Positions 22,456 to 35,388 of a DNA stretch of 37,895 nucleotides are shown piece by piece. The stretch's first letter is position 1. Each line of letters opens with the position of its first letter. Origin of the DNA: Intoshia linei (lineage: Eukaryota > Animalia > Orthonectida). The stretch is taken from NCBI GenBank assembly GCA_001642005.1, contig LWCA01000235.1:1-37895 (forward strand), given 5' to 3'. The notes under the pieces are model-generated. The model was not told the origin of the DNA and did not search any database. It worked only from the letters and a program-made list of their open reading frames with translations. The translations under genes were made by a program, and so were the position numbers.

Positions 22456-24212
22456 TTAATTTACAAAACTCTTATCAATTTGATATTGCTTGCGTTTGTT
22501 TTCAAATTCAATTTGTTTAATAAATTTTTGAAAATACAATACGGTTGGACCCAACGATGAGGCCATTTGAACTAATATTATAAATTATGTAAAACAATTA
22601 ATTACGCATTGTTTGTTTAGAATGTGAAAATTGTTGCATGTTTGTTATTGATGTTTCATTAACTTCTTTTATTAATTGACTAAATAATACAATTCATTAA
22701 ATTTACAGCATTATACTAACTCTATGGTTGGCACATTAAATGGGTCAAATTTTTCTACATTGTTGGAGTCAATTGCTACACATATTCTACCTAAATTCAA
22801 ATTTAAAATTCGAAATATCTTTTTTTAACCTGTTTTAGGATGAACACTAAAGGGACACTTTAAAAGATGATTTAATTGTTTCGAAACATTCACATCCAAT
22901 CGTGGGCTACAGTACTGTAAAATAATTTCATCGTCCAAATTTTCAATGTTTAATTTTTTCTAAATTTGCATTCATATTTAAGTCATTAATACCTTGGCAC
23001 AATTTTTAATTTCTACTTTTAATTGATCCCAACGTTCTTTTGAAGATTTATGTTGGTTTAAACTTTGTATTAGATAACTTTTTACTAAAATGTTTATCAG
23101 TAAAAATTTTAAACTGATACCATCAGCATTCAATTTTTTAAAAACATGATTCATTTTAGTTTCACTTCCTAAAAAATCTTGATCTTGTATCAGGTACGAT
23201 TCTACATATTTACTACAGATTTTTAGTGCACGTCTAAATATAATTTGTACATTGTACATTTTGTAAGTGATTAATAAATACTTTAAAAATGGATGTTTAT
23301 ACGAACTTGTCAAGTCAATAATGTGATCATTCTATATTAATGATTTAATTAATCAAATAAATAAGTTGCATGTTTAAAATCTTAACAGACACGAAATTTA
23401 AAAAAAATTACATTGAGAATTGTCAAATAATTTACAATAGCAGCACGTGATTCCTGACTCAAATAACGAGCCTCTTTGTCACAAATCCAACAATGAACTC
23501 CTCGTCTACCCGAATAAACCCATAAAATTAATTTGAAACCAAAATCATCTAAAATGTATATTTATTATCGTTGTGTTAATTTTCTAAGACATTTTTTTCA
23601 TCTATCAAAATACAATAAAAATCGTTATCAATTTTTTCCAAAATCAAAGATTAATATTGTGTCTCAGCGTTACTGTTAGATAAAAACACCTCTAAGAGTT
23701 TCATCAATTATTTTTATAACCATATGAATAAGTGGCCAACATTTATCACAAATTTTTGCTTCACTAAAATTAAGGATTTAAATTGAATATTAAAAAAAAG
23801 TATACCTGCAACAATGTCTAACTGAATCATAATCAGTCATGTCAATATCGAGCACCATTTCCTTTTCAACATATTCATGATTACCCATGATTTTATGATC
23901 AACTATCTAAAAAATCAAACATTGTAAATGTAAATGTCATAAATTACTTTAATATTAGAAACACCTCCAATGTCGATTCGCATAGGTATTTCTTTTGAAA
24001 GCCAATTTTTAAACTGTAGTAAATTTTCAAATCCAACATTTCTGTTAAAAAATGAATTTCTTTCATATGCAAATTCTCGTTTTGAAAAGAGGTCTAAAAT
24101 TTAAGTACTTCTTATATTTTAAAATGTTACCTGTATTTCCGTAAGAAAACCATTGATAAAGAGTTTCAGCAGGAAACAATTTTGTATAGTACAATTTCAA
24201 ATTTTCATCCAT
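22456..24212 (-). CDS. PRIM1: DNA primase small (catalytic) subunit, multi-exon
   Basis: LYYTKLFP, KREFAY, KEMVLDIDMTDYDSVRHCC, VYSGRRGVHCW, PRLDVNVSKQLNHLLKCPFSVHPKTG. Confidence 0.95.
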
Positions 24213-24351
24213 CCTTGAAAAATAAATTTCACTACTATAGTTTATCAATATGTAGCGTAATTTAGTTTTAATTTTGTATCAGGTAATTTTCAATTGAATT
24301 GAATAATTATTGTACAAATTTATTTATCTTATTTACATCAACTTGGAACAA

Positions 24352-25245
24352 ATGTCAAACGGAATTTCAAAAAGCCACGATGAATATCAATACCTGCGTT
24401 TGATTGAAAATATTATGACGAATGGAACACAAAGATCCAATAGAACTGGAACTGATACTTTATCAATATTTGGAGCACAATCTAGGTACGATTTGAGTAA
24501 TGGTGTTATACCAGTTTTGACTACAAAACGCGTATTCTGGAGAGGAGTTGTAGAAGAGTTGTTGTGGATTATAGCGGGATGCACCAATTCTAATGTATTA
24601 ACAAATCGAAATGTTAAAATTTGGGATCAGAATGGGTCTAGAGAATTTTTGGATAATTTAGGATTCAAAGATAGAAAAACTGGTGATTTAGGTCCAGTGT
24701 ATGGATTTCAATGGAGGCATTTCGGTGCTAAATACAAAACATGTGATGATAATTATGATAAACAAGGAGTGGATCAACTGGCAAATGTTATACATTTAAT
24801 TAAAAACGACCCGGATAGCAGGAGAATTGTATTATCTTCATGGAACGCTATGGATTTGCCGGATATGGCGTTACCCCCATGCCATTGTCTCTGTCAATTC
24901 TATGTTTGTAATAACAAGTTATCGTGTCAGTTATACCAACGATCTGCAGATATGGGACTTGGTGTCCCATTCAATATTGCTAGCTATTCTCTTTTAACTT
25001 TTATGCTGGCTCATATTACTAATACTGAACCTGGTGAATTTATTCACACTATTGGAGATGCTCATGTTTATGTTAATCATGTTGAACCTTTAAAACAACA
25101 AATTGTTCGAGAACCTTACCAGTTTCCTAATATTGAATTTTTGAATCCTTCCAAGATTGTTAATATTGATGATTTTACAATGGATAATATCGTTCTCAAA
25201 AATTATCAATGTCACAAACCCATCAAAATGGATATGGCTGTTTAA
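24352..25245 (+). CDS. TYMS: Thymidylate synthase (ThyA type), intronless
   Basis: ATG at 24352 (the ORF track starts at an upstream TTG). RTGT, PVLTTKRVFWRGVVEELLW, DLGPVYGFQWRHFG, MALPPCH, LYQRSADMGLGVPFNIASY, C-terminal MAV. Confidence 0.98.
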   Translation: MSNGISKSHDEYQYLRLIENIMTNGTQRSNRTGTDTLSIFGAQSRYDLSNGVIPVLTTKRVFWRGVVEELLWIIAGCTNSNVLTNRNVKIWDQNGSREFLDNLGFKDRKTGDLGPVYGFQWRHFGAKYKTCDDNYDKQGVDQLANVIHLIKNDPDSRRIVLSSWNAMDLPDMALPPCHCLCQFYVCNNKLSCQLYQRSADMGLGVPFNIASYSLLTFMLAHITNTEPGEFIHTIGDAHVYVNHVEPLKQQIVREPYQFPNIEFLNPSKIVNIDDFTMDNIVLKNYQCHKPIKMDMAV

Positions 25246-25507
25246 ATTTATCGATAATAAATTTTTTTATGATTTTCGAAAAATATTTCGTTTATTTATA
25301 AATTTATTCAGTAATATTTTCATAAGTTAATCGATTCCATTACTGAGGATTTTTTATTTATAAAATTTCCATTATTTATATAAAGGTTATACTTATTTGA
25401 TATTGTCAATATGTCACTGATTCGTTTGTATCAAATTTCGATTGATTTTTATCTGTATATAGAATGATATGACGACCATAATTTATAATTCAAATTATTT
25501 GATTTAC

Positions 25508-26447
25508 ATGTCGATTTTTAACAAAATAAAATTAAATCACATTGCTAAAAATTGTGCCCTTTTGATTTGTGATGTACAAACAAAGTTTGAACCACATATT
25601 AAAAATTTTGATATAATGACTAAAAATTGTCAAAAATTAATGACTGCCGCAAAATTATTGAATGTGCCAATATATGTGACAGAACACTACCCTAAAGGTT
25701 TTTTAACATAGTTTTAGATGTATATTAGTTTCAGGCCTGGGAAATATTGTACCCGAGTTATCAATGAAAGATGTTAACATGTACAAAAAAACTTTGTTTT
25801 CAATGGCTATTGATGAATTGGTTCAGGATTTAAACAAAAATAAAGGTATTGTATTTTTGTATAGTATATATATTATATAATATTTTTAGATATACAATGT
25901 ATTAATATTTGCGGATTGGAAACTCACGGTAAATTTAGACATTAAATAAAGAAAAATTTACGTGCCGCTGACCAAAAACAGTGTTGATGGTACGCGAGTA
26001 AATATTTTGAGAATACTAGTTTACATATTAACTATATTTGACTTATAATTTAGTTTGCGTGCAACAGTCTGTGTTTGATTTTTTGGATTTGGGTTATGCT
26101 GTAGACGTTGTGGTTGATGCTGTTGGTTCTAGATCACTCTTGGATAGGTTTTTTTAATATACTATAATACATGTACTGGATATATTTCCAAACTTGATGA
26201 AAATGTTACTGAAGCCCCTTAAGATGAATGGTAAAAGTGGCCATGTTAATTGAAATATATCAGAATTATACGCATTTAAATTTACGTTAGATCCATTGGA
26301 ATTCGTAGAATGGAAAATTGTGGTGCAAACTTGACTACAACCGAGAGTTTAATATTTACTTGGTGTCAAAACTCGACTCATCAAAATTTTAAACAAATAC
26401 AAAAATTGGTGGTGCAGCAAAATCAACATCCAGACCAATTACCTTAA
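25508..26447 (+). CDS. ISOC2: Isochorismatase domain-containing protein (ISOC1/2-like), multi-exon
   Basis: LLICDVQTKF, VTEHYPKG|LGNIVPEL, KTLFSM, CGLETH|VCVQQS, VVVDAVGSR, TTTESLIF. Confidence 0.9.
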
Positions 26448-26560
26448 TGTCCATTAAACAATATTATGGATAATTTTGTTAAAACATTTTATCGATATTT
26501 ATTTAAATTTTGATCAAAATGAAATAACTAGAGCAGATAATCGCTTTTTAGCAGATACTT

Positions 26561-29500
26561 TCATGGATCAACGGATATATTCCATGAAGAATTAAGTTTC
26601 ATTTTAGGATTTTGGATTTTTGAATCATCTTTGGTCGTTTGTTGAACATCACTAATCTTATTACATGGCCTCGACGCCATGACATATAGCATATCCATCA
26701 TCAATTCCAAAAATTCAAAGATTGTCAATAAAGAAAATCCTATATATAATCCTAATATACCACCTAAATGTAAAAATGATTTGTTTTTATTATCAATTTA
26801 CCTAAATCGGAAATCAATTGGAAAATCTAAACGGTTTTTAAATTTGACAAAATTTTAAAAAATTACTTGATATTCGGGTAATTCCACAATTGTTTCATAA
26901 TTAAATTCTTGATAGTATACTTTTACTTCCATTATATTACTAACTAGGTTATCCTTATTTAATTTTAATAAATGTTTAATTTTTTTATTTTTTGATACTG
27001 CTTTTATCAGTGTATCCTAAAATTATAATTTATAATGAGAATATTCTTAAATTCAACCATTTTTAGTAAAAATTGTTAGATTCAAGTAGACATCCATTTA
27101 TAATTATGTAATTTGGATAAAAAAACTTTATGAAGGGTTAGTAAAACTGGGTTTTTCTCTTTAGGGTTGGTAAAACTGAATTAAAAATGGTTGGATTCAA
27201 GTAGACATCCATTTATAATTATGTAATTTTAATAAATAAAACTTTATAATTGACATTGGGCCAATATGATGTTGAGATGGTTGACGAAAATGTTGTTTCT
27301 CTAAATTTAAAATTAATGTATACTAATTTTCAACACATACTCGCAAGGTGAAGGGCAGTGACATGCTAGCTCATTTTTTTCATATCTTTTTTTTATGGAA
27401 ATTAGGCAATCATCTAAACGTATGTAACTTATAAATCGTCGAATCCACCATGATCAAGGCTAGTCACATTTAAAAATAAGTCAATTTTATTAAAATATTT
27501 TGAATATATATTAGTTCGACCTGGATAAAGATATTAATTTTAGCCTTGAGCGGGGGTCGTGCGGAATTTTATATTTGACTACATCAGATTGTTGAAAGAT
27601 TACATTCGGTTTTATTTTCTAATCTGCAGTTTCCCACGTCAACGTAATTGAAGGCACTACCGTATTTTGGCAATTCTTGATCAGCACAATTACAATTCTT
27701 AATCACAAATTTTTGATAGCAAGTTTTGAAACACATCTAATTTATAGAAATTGAGATAAATTGCAAACTTTTTAAATGTCATTTATTGTCAGCGGTTTTT
27801 CAAATTGCAACCCTTTCAACGAAAATGAAAAATTATTCTTTGAAAATTTTTATTTTTTGTTAATTACACTGCAACTGTTACAGTAAAATTTTTTGTTACT
27901 ATTGTTAAATGTTCGCACAAGGCTGGAAAGCTATGCCAGAACTACTCCACTTGATTTTGTTTATTTTAATTTTTTGTAAAAAAATAAAACTTACCGCAGT
28001 ATTGTATCTAACGGGATACAACTCTTCAAATATATTCCGTGTGATGTTGATTGTATTGGTATAAGCACATTCAGAGTAAATATCACCAGCCCTTTTGATA
28101 CTTGTCTTTTTTGCGGCTATATTTGTAGTTTTTCCTGGACTCACACTATAACCTTCATCTGCTGGAAACGGCATAATATTTTGAGGGTGAGTTACTACTC
28201 TTGCTCCGGCAGATGTAACTAATGATGGTGTGTATTGCAATTGATCAATGAATAATATCAGAGTTAGTCCTATTTGAAATTTATTAACAACAGTAAAGGG
28301 TTGGGTTATTTTAAACAGTATTTAGAGCAGTGGTTCCAAAGTGAATTCTGAGGTAGGTAGAGTTCCGTTAAAAATAATAATCGAAATAGTCAAATTTTTT
28401 TAAAGTTTGGGAACCAATCCACACTAAAACCGTCTTCAATGTCGCATTCAAAAATTGAAATAAAATAGAAACCATACAAAGGGCCGGGCTTATTGCTTCT
28501 GTAAATTGGATGACTTTTGTTCCAACCTAATTTATTTACATTTAATAAATATACTTAAATGATTACCGGAATTAAACGTATAACAGTTTCCTAATAAAAG
28601 TATTTAAAAAAATATAATGTGTATTATACCATGACTTGTACTGTAATATTCAACAAAATCACTAAAATGTACCATTAATTGTTTTATTTAAAAATGTAAT
28701 AATCATTATAATTAAGGACCAAGAAAAAAATTACTTTTTAAGACAAACGTAACCATTATACGAGCAATCAACGATGAAATCTTCAAATTGATACCCAATT
28801 TTTTGCTTAGTTATCAAGGGTAATCTATGAATCTCATACATGACTTTATCTATAAATTAGATTACGCAAAAAAACTTTAATTGAAACGTTTATTATCAAT
28901 CATTTTTCTGGAGACTCGTCCCTTGTCATCGAATATATCTCCATTTGCAAAACTGCTGGAAATAAACTCTGACTTGTCAAAGTGAACATTGGAATACAAA
29001 TCATCCAAAGTTTTGTACATTTCTTTTGGAAAAAAATTATTTGCAATAAAAAATAAAATAACCATTGTTTTCAATTTCTATCCCATAGGTGGGAAGGCTA
29101 GTTAGTTGGTGAAGTGGATAGTTTTTTTCAAAATATCTATTAAACTGGCTAGCGTATGGATTAGGAAGTATCATTGAATTTCCAAAAATTTTCTCAAAAA
29201 GGGTTACTTTATCAGCGGGTATATCTGTATAGGAATCTAAAAATATAGTTTCCTTTAGAAATTTATTACCATCTTGAGGAATTTTAACCAATGCAGTGGA
29301 AATAAAATCTTGATTAATTCCGTCATCAATGTTCATATATTTACTAAATCTGTAATCGTACTCTACATATGATTTGCGAATAGGATTATTGTTGCAGACT
29401 GTTACGGCTGGATAGAGTAAATTTCTTTCGTACCTCAGTTTGACCAAAACATTTACATTGTACTGTAAATACTTGTCTACTAAAAGATAGGTATTGTAAC

Positions 29501-29785
29501 TTAAGCCAATTAAGGCGGCTATGAACAGAGAAAACCACACAACCTTTTTAATTGGTCCTAGAATAAAATGGGATAATATTAAGTTACAAGTTCAAACCTA
29601 TGGCATTATAAATATGTGGAATTCCGTGTGCCGACGTATGAGATTCAAAACCTAATGTTAATACAGGGTTTATAGGATTTACCTTCCCAAATCGCTGAGA
29701 ACGGCAATTGAGATGGCTTGTAATGATTATATTCATCTGTTGTTAAAATACCGTAAATTCGGGATTCACGTTTATCGGTATTCAT
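26561..29785 (-). CDS. DEG/ENaC (amiloride-sensitive, FaNaC/ASIC-like) sodium channel, many small exons
   Basis: HTSAHGIPHI (HG motif), TM1 WFSLFIAALI, YPAVTVCNNN, GNCYTFN, GARVVTH, Cys-rich thumb, TM2 ISDLGGILGLYIGFSLLTIFE. Confidence 0.93.
27046..27245. repeat. Rearranged fragment of the 30578-31280 TIR family, with a ~35-bp direct duplication, in an ENaC intron
   Basis: GATTCAAGTAGACATCCATTTATAATTATGTAATTT occurs twice (about 27080 and 27195); agggttggtaaaactg subrepeats. Confidence 0.6.
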
Positions 29786-30023
29786 TTTACACAAATCGTG
29801 TAAATAAATCTATTAATAAATGTTAATTACCAAATTTCTTAACGACACTATGCATACTAAGTGTTTTAATTGTTATAATTTCACCTAACTAATTGTAATT
29901 GTTTTGTTTTTACTTAATTTATGTCGTATTAACCATTAAAAATAAACATAAATTAATTAAATAAATTTATTAATGTATGGTTCAATAAATAAATTGAATG
30001 CATTTTAAAGTTTAACGAATGTG

Positions 30024-33000
30024 CTAATCGTATGTCAAATAATTTGAAGGAACGTAGCCTTCCCAACCACTTGAATTTCTTACTCTTGACCATCCTTCAG
30101 TTTCTTCATAAACTAAAATTTTGTAATTTTCACCAACTACTACGGGTATTGTTCCTTCTTCTTGACCTATATTCAATTTAAATTTTAATTATAAATGATT
30201 ATACAAATCTTATGTAGTTAAATCTCATGTTATAATATAAAACAAAATTTCTCGGTATGCAAAACAATTTCTACTCAATACACCATCAAATTAGCCATTT
30301 CATTACAGCAGAGGGAATTCTAACACTCGAGTGGCGCGAGTATCCCGTTCAACTATAGTTGAATATTATACTTACATGTTGAACTATAAGTCAACAAGGA
30401 TGTGTAAAGGGGTTAGGTACCATTTTCGTTACATAATTTTACAGTATTTTTATATTTGCTTTTGAGCTTTAGAGAAACGTTTCTGCATTTTGTAATTCAT
30501 TATGCTTCAAAAATAGTTTGACATTTAGACATTGCAATACATTGTAATGATTTTATATGTATGTATTATTTATTATAGGGTGTCTACTTAAATCCAACCA
30601 TTTTTACTAAAAATATAAATTTACCGACACTAACGGGAAAAATTCAGTTTTATCAACCCTAAAAGGAAAATTCTAGTTTTAATAACCTTTAAAACAAAAA
30701 TCCAGTTTTACAGAATTGCTGAGTATCTCATAAAAACTCAATATCACAAACAAAACAAAATGAAGTTCTCAAATAGAAAGATTATCGATAAACAAGTTAT
30801 AAACGCTTTAATACTTACTTAAACTGATGAAACAAAAAACTTTTTAAAACAAAATAAAATTTTAGTATTAAAAATGGCTAGTATTTATCGCGTCAGTATT
30901 TTAGATGGTTTGAGAGTAGAAATATTGAATTTTCAGTATTTAAATTGAAACTGACAAAAAATGCTTTTGTAAAATATATTAAAATACTCTACTATTGCCA
31001 TAATTACATTTTATTTGTTCTCATAAAAAAATATTCTCTAGTACACCATATAATATTTCTAATTTTTTTGTAATATGGTATCTTAATATTTCAGTTTTAA
31101 TTTGGGTCTGTAGTGGATGATATAACTCAAAAACAAAAACTCGGTTTTTCCATTAAAGGTTAGTAAAAGTGGGTTTTCCCATAAGGGTTGGTAAAATTGG
31201 GATTTTTCCCTTAAAGGTTGGTAAATTTTGATTTTTAGTAAAAATAGTTGGATTTAAGTAAAAATGGTTGGGTTTAAGAATATTAAGTTTATTATCATAA
31301 ATTCCAAGAATTGATTAAGAATAATACCATCATATTCATAAGCGCCAAAAGCATCGATTTCGTTTGATTCTGTTTGGTATTCTTGGGTTTGATTTCTGAA
31401 TTAAAATAAATATTTATAATTTATTTAAAAATACGGAGCATTTCCACTAAGTTGTGATTTCAAAGGTGTAATATAATCCTAAATAACTATAAAAACAAAA
31501 CTTAACTAGAATATAAGTATTATTACTTCATAATTTCTAATTTTTTCATTCATTGTGTTAGTTTCTTCAATTAGCTCTTTTATTTTTGTTTCAATTTCAG
31601 CAGCATTACCCATAGACGGGCTATTGACGTAAACATTTCGCAATTTTACCAAAGCTTGTCTACAATTTTTAAATTATAAATTTACAATTTCAAAAAATTG
31701 GGAAACATTAATACAATATTTATACAATATATATATAAATAAATACATTACCTGTTAAGTTTTTATAAAATTGCGCTAAAATTATCATCTTGGAAATTAT
31801 CGAAAAAATTATCAATAGCCAATAAAATGTTATGATAACAACGCGCAATGTACAAATTAATAAATAAATCTACTCGTGACTATGCTATTAAAGGCGCCAT
31901 CTTCATGGTGGTTGAAAACAGGTAATATTTATGTTTTGATAAATATAAAATACATATAAAAAATTTGTGAAGCAAAAGATTGAAAAATGAATGGTATAAT
32001 ATATATTTGTACATAGATAAAAATTAATTAATTTTCTCGGACCCTCAGTAGAAATTTTACTTACTGTAAGCCTGAACAAATACAAAAAAAATGGCAAAGT
32101 AATACATCATTAAAAATTTAAATAAATTTGTTAGGATTATCCGAAAGATATTAAACGAAATTTTCCAGGTCGATAAACAATAACAATTTAGGATTAAAAT
32201 TATACATGGATGTTTCATTTTTTTCAACTGTAGAACGGTGGTCATTTAGGTTTAATTCTAGTTTGTTTATTCTTTCGGAGATGTCTCTAATATCTTCATA
32301 CGTTTCATCAATCTAATTATATATGTGATTGAATGAAATGAATTGCAATATATTTAAATTAACTTCAATTCTAAAAAATTACTTTAGTGGTAAGCTTTTC
32401 CACGGATGTATTGGACGAAGGTCTATTTTTGATTTTATCTCTAGATTTCCATTTTTTTGGTTTTTTAAGGTGTTCGGGTTCATTGGTAATTTCAATGGGT
32501 AATGGTTCTGATGTAGTAGATGTGCTTTCATTAGCATACTCATTTGGTAATTTATCAAATTGTATATAATCTGGTGGCTTATTGTTACTATTAAATTGAA
32601 CACCAAACTTGTAACAATCGTCTTCAATGTTAAATTTGTTTTGAAAATTTGAAACGATATTATGGAAAATATTTGCGTCAACATTAAATATTTCACAAAA
32701 TATTAAAGTAAATATATTTTTTGTAAATTTAATGTGTTGATTAATCCTAGCTTGGTTTAATTTGTGCAAATTCTAAACAAACTTTTATTGGAGTTAGACA
32801 ATTCGTCACTTTCATCCGATTTATACCATCATCGTTAGCTACAGAACTGACTTTGTTGTTATATTCATTAACATTTTCTTTATATTTTGCACAACTTAAT
32901 GAAAATAATTGTTTTTTGTTATCCATGTTTGTTCGGTACTACAAAATATAATTTAATTAGATTTCAAATTCATATTCCAATATATGCATTCCAAGTGGGC

Positions 33001-34301
33001 GATACCTTGTTCAGTATGTCGAAAACTACGCACTTTAGATATCAATTTGAATATTTTAACCAAAAATCCTAAAACCATACATTTGAAAGATAGTCAGTTT
33101 TATGAATTTATGGTAATTTTTCCAAAATAAGACTATAGAGTGAGTTTTGGAATAAAAAATAAACCAAAAATGCAATTTGTAGTTTGGTCCGAAAAAATCC
33201 GAAAAATGTAATAATTTAAAATCTCTAAAAAGTGACTGTTAATAGAAAATGCAGATATTTTTTAAACATTACTTACGCGTTGGATTTCAGCTCTACTTAA
33301 ATCCATAGAATTATCAGCTTTACGTTTTAAAGCAATAGCTTTCTCATAATCTTTATGAGATTTGTGATAAATTTTTTTCTGTTTATCGGCATTTAATCGC
33401 AAAGTCTCAATAGATTTATTTTCCTTTTCGAGTTCAGAGGTAATCTAAATTTTAGAAATAAATTTGAAATTTTAATAAAAATACCTGTTTGCGAGATTCT
33501 TTATTCTCATTAAAATCATTATCACACTCAGAAAAAATTAGCTTGGTAGATTCATCAATTTTTTTATAAAGATTATCATAATATTCGCTAACACTATCAA
33601 TAATGAATTTAGAAGAATCACAATCTGAGCGCCTAAAAATAAAATTATCAAGTGTAGAGGGTTTTCATAATGTGTCAAGTTAATATAGAATATTACATAT
33701 ACTGAAAAGGATAACATTAAAAAATAAAAATGGACTTAAAAGTGTCTGGTCTGATTTGGTGCAAATGTGTTATAGTAAATCATTTTTTAAATATAATTGT
33801 ATTGAAATAGTTACACTTTAGGATATACATCAGTGATTCCAAAATTTTTTTAGCTTGTGCTTCCAATAAAATAAAATGTATTTACAACATTTAAAAGTTT
33901 AAAAAAAATCCTAAAAATTTATAAAAATAAAGTGATGGTTTTACTTTTTAAAGTTTTAAATAATGTAACCATCTTTCAAAATTAACATATAAATTAAGTT
34001 TATCACAACTACATGTATTGGAAAATTTGAATAAATTATATTAATTGTCAATATAAACTGAAACTGCAAAAAATTACTCGAGATGTGAAAATTTTTTGGA
34101 GTATGTAATTGCTAATTTTTTGATTTTAGCGAAATGGTCCTTATTTAATGAGCAAAATTCTCTAAAAAAGGATTTTTCTATATCACATACTGTAATAGAT
34201 TGACTGATATAGGTAAGAAAATATTTTGAATTGTTCTAAAATACTTTTATAGAGTTTTAATTGATTATTACCCAATTTTCGCTGAACCACGTATCATTCA
34301 T
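30024..34301 (-). CDS. FNBP1: F-BAR/HR1/SH3 protein of the CIP4/FNBP1/Toca-1 family
   Basis: MNDTWFSENW start; F-BAR (YEKAIALKRKADNSMDLSRAEIQ); HR1-like ALVKLRNVYVNSPSMGN; SH3 EEGTIPVVVGE..EGWSRVRNSSGWEGYVPSNYL. Confidence 0.82.
30578..31280. mobile_element. Non-autonomous TIR element (MULE/foldback-like) in an F-BAR intron
   Basis: GGGTGTCTACTTAAATCCAACCATTTTTACTAAAAAT at left, inverted at about 31230-31260; ~130-bp arms built of ~30-bp subrepeats. Confidence 0.7.
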
Positions 34302-34461
34302 ATTAGGTTTAGTAATTTTTATAATTACTATTTATTTGAACAAATTGTAAATATTTGTATGATTTGAAATGTTGAACTAAATTTATTAACAATATCCATG
34401 TTTTCATCGTTTTGACTACTTGAATTTTCTAGATATGTAATCTTTGTAATGAATTATTGTT

Positions 34462-34942
34462 ATGTATAATCCGATATTTACGCAAACTATTAAAAGTAGT
34501 TTTGAGAGTGTTAAAGCCATCTTATTGGGAGACGAATCATGCGGAAAAGTTGATTTTAAAAGTTTATTTAAAACAAAATCTAGACTAGCATCGCGTTATT
34601 TGGTTTGGACACTACATTAACCAAAAATTTTAAAATAAATCAAAACTGTATCAATTTTGTTGAAAAGAAAATTAAACTCTCATCCACAGAAAAAAAAATT
34701 GTTCTCAATTTGTGGGATCTCACATCCAGTTTTATTGATAATTCTTTCTTAGAACATGTCATTCCATATACCAATGTTTTATGTTTCTATTTTTATGTTT
34801 AAAAATCTTTAGATCATTTTTTTTGTATATGATTTGACCAATTCTACTAGCTTTGATAATTTGAAGGATTGGCTCAAAATTGTTAAAGATATTGATAAAA
34901 AATTGAAGGTGACTCGACAATATGTTTTACTTGCGAATAAAA
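34462..34942 (+). CDS. RAB28: Rab28-like small GTPase, first three exons; the remainder presumably lies beyond the Gypsy-containing intron
   Basis: KAILLGDESCGK|TSI, LNLWDL, IIFFVYDLTNSTSFDNLKDW, VLLANK|. Confidence 0.6.
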
Positions 34943-35248
34943 GTAATTAAGTTTTTAAAAAATCCTAACTTATATACAGGGTTTACACTTCAAACAAGTC
35001 AATTTCAATCGAGTCATTTTTAACTTCATTCAAGTCAGTGACAATTTCCAATCAATAATAAAATAAAATAATAAAAATGAAGGCGATAAATTTTAAAATA
35101 ATAAAATAAATAAAAATTTTTTCGTATAAAATTAAAAAGTTAAATTCATCAAAATATAAAATTTCGTGTTTGATCTGTTTGAAAGTCGTCAATGAATATG
35201 AACACAATTTGACTTTTTTATAAAATTATTGAAATTAACCATTGGTTA

Positions 35249-35388
35249 TGTAGAGTGTACATAACAACGCAATGAATATAAACATTTACCTTTATCAATA
35301 TTTACTCAAGACATTCTCTATATATAAAATTATCAAACACTTTTAAATATAATTTTGTGTTATTAAATATTTATCGAAACTCACTACA
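35249..35388 (+). repeat. Putative 5' LTR (140 bp) of the Gypsy element
   Basis: TGTAG...CTACA termini; TATA run 35319-35329; ATTAAA at about 35362; gag ATG 29 bp downstream. The second LTR is not in the window. Confidence 0.65.

Noticed and set aside
25250-25257. DRE-like TATCGATA sites (also about 26490 and 30783)
   Set aside because: They lie in 3' ends or a TE rather than in the bidirectional promoters and are plausible by chance in AT-rich DNA.
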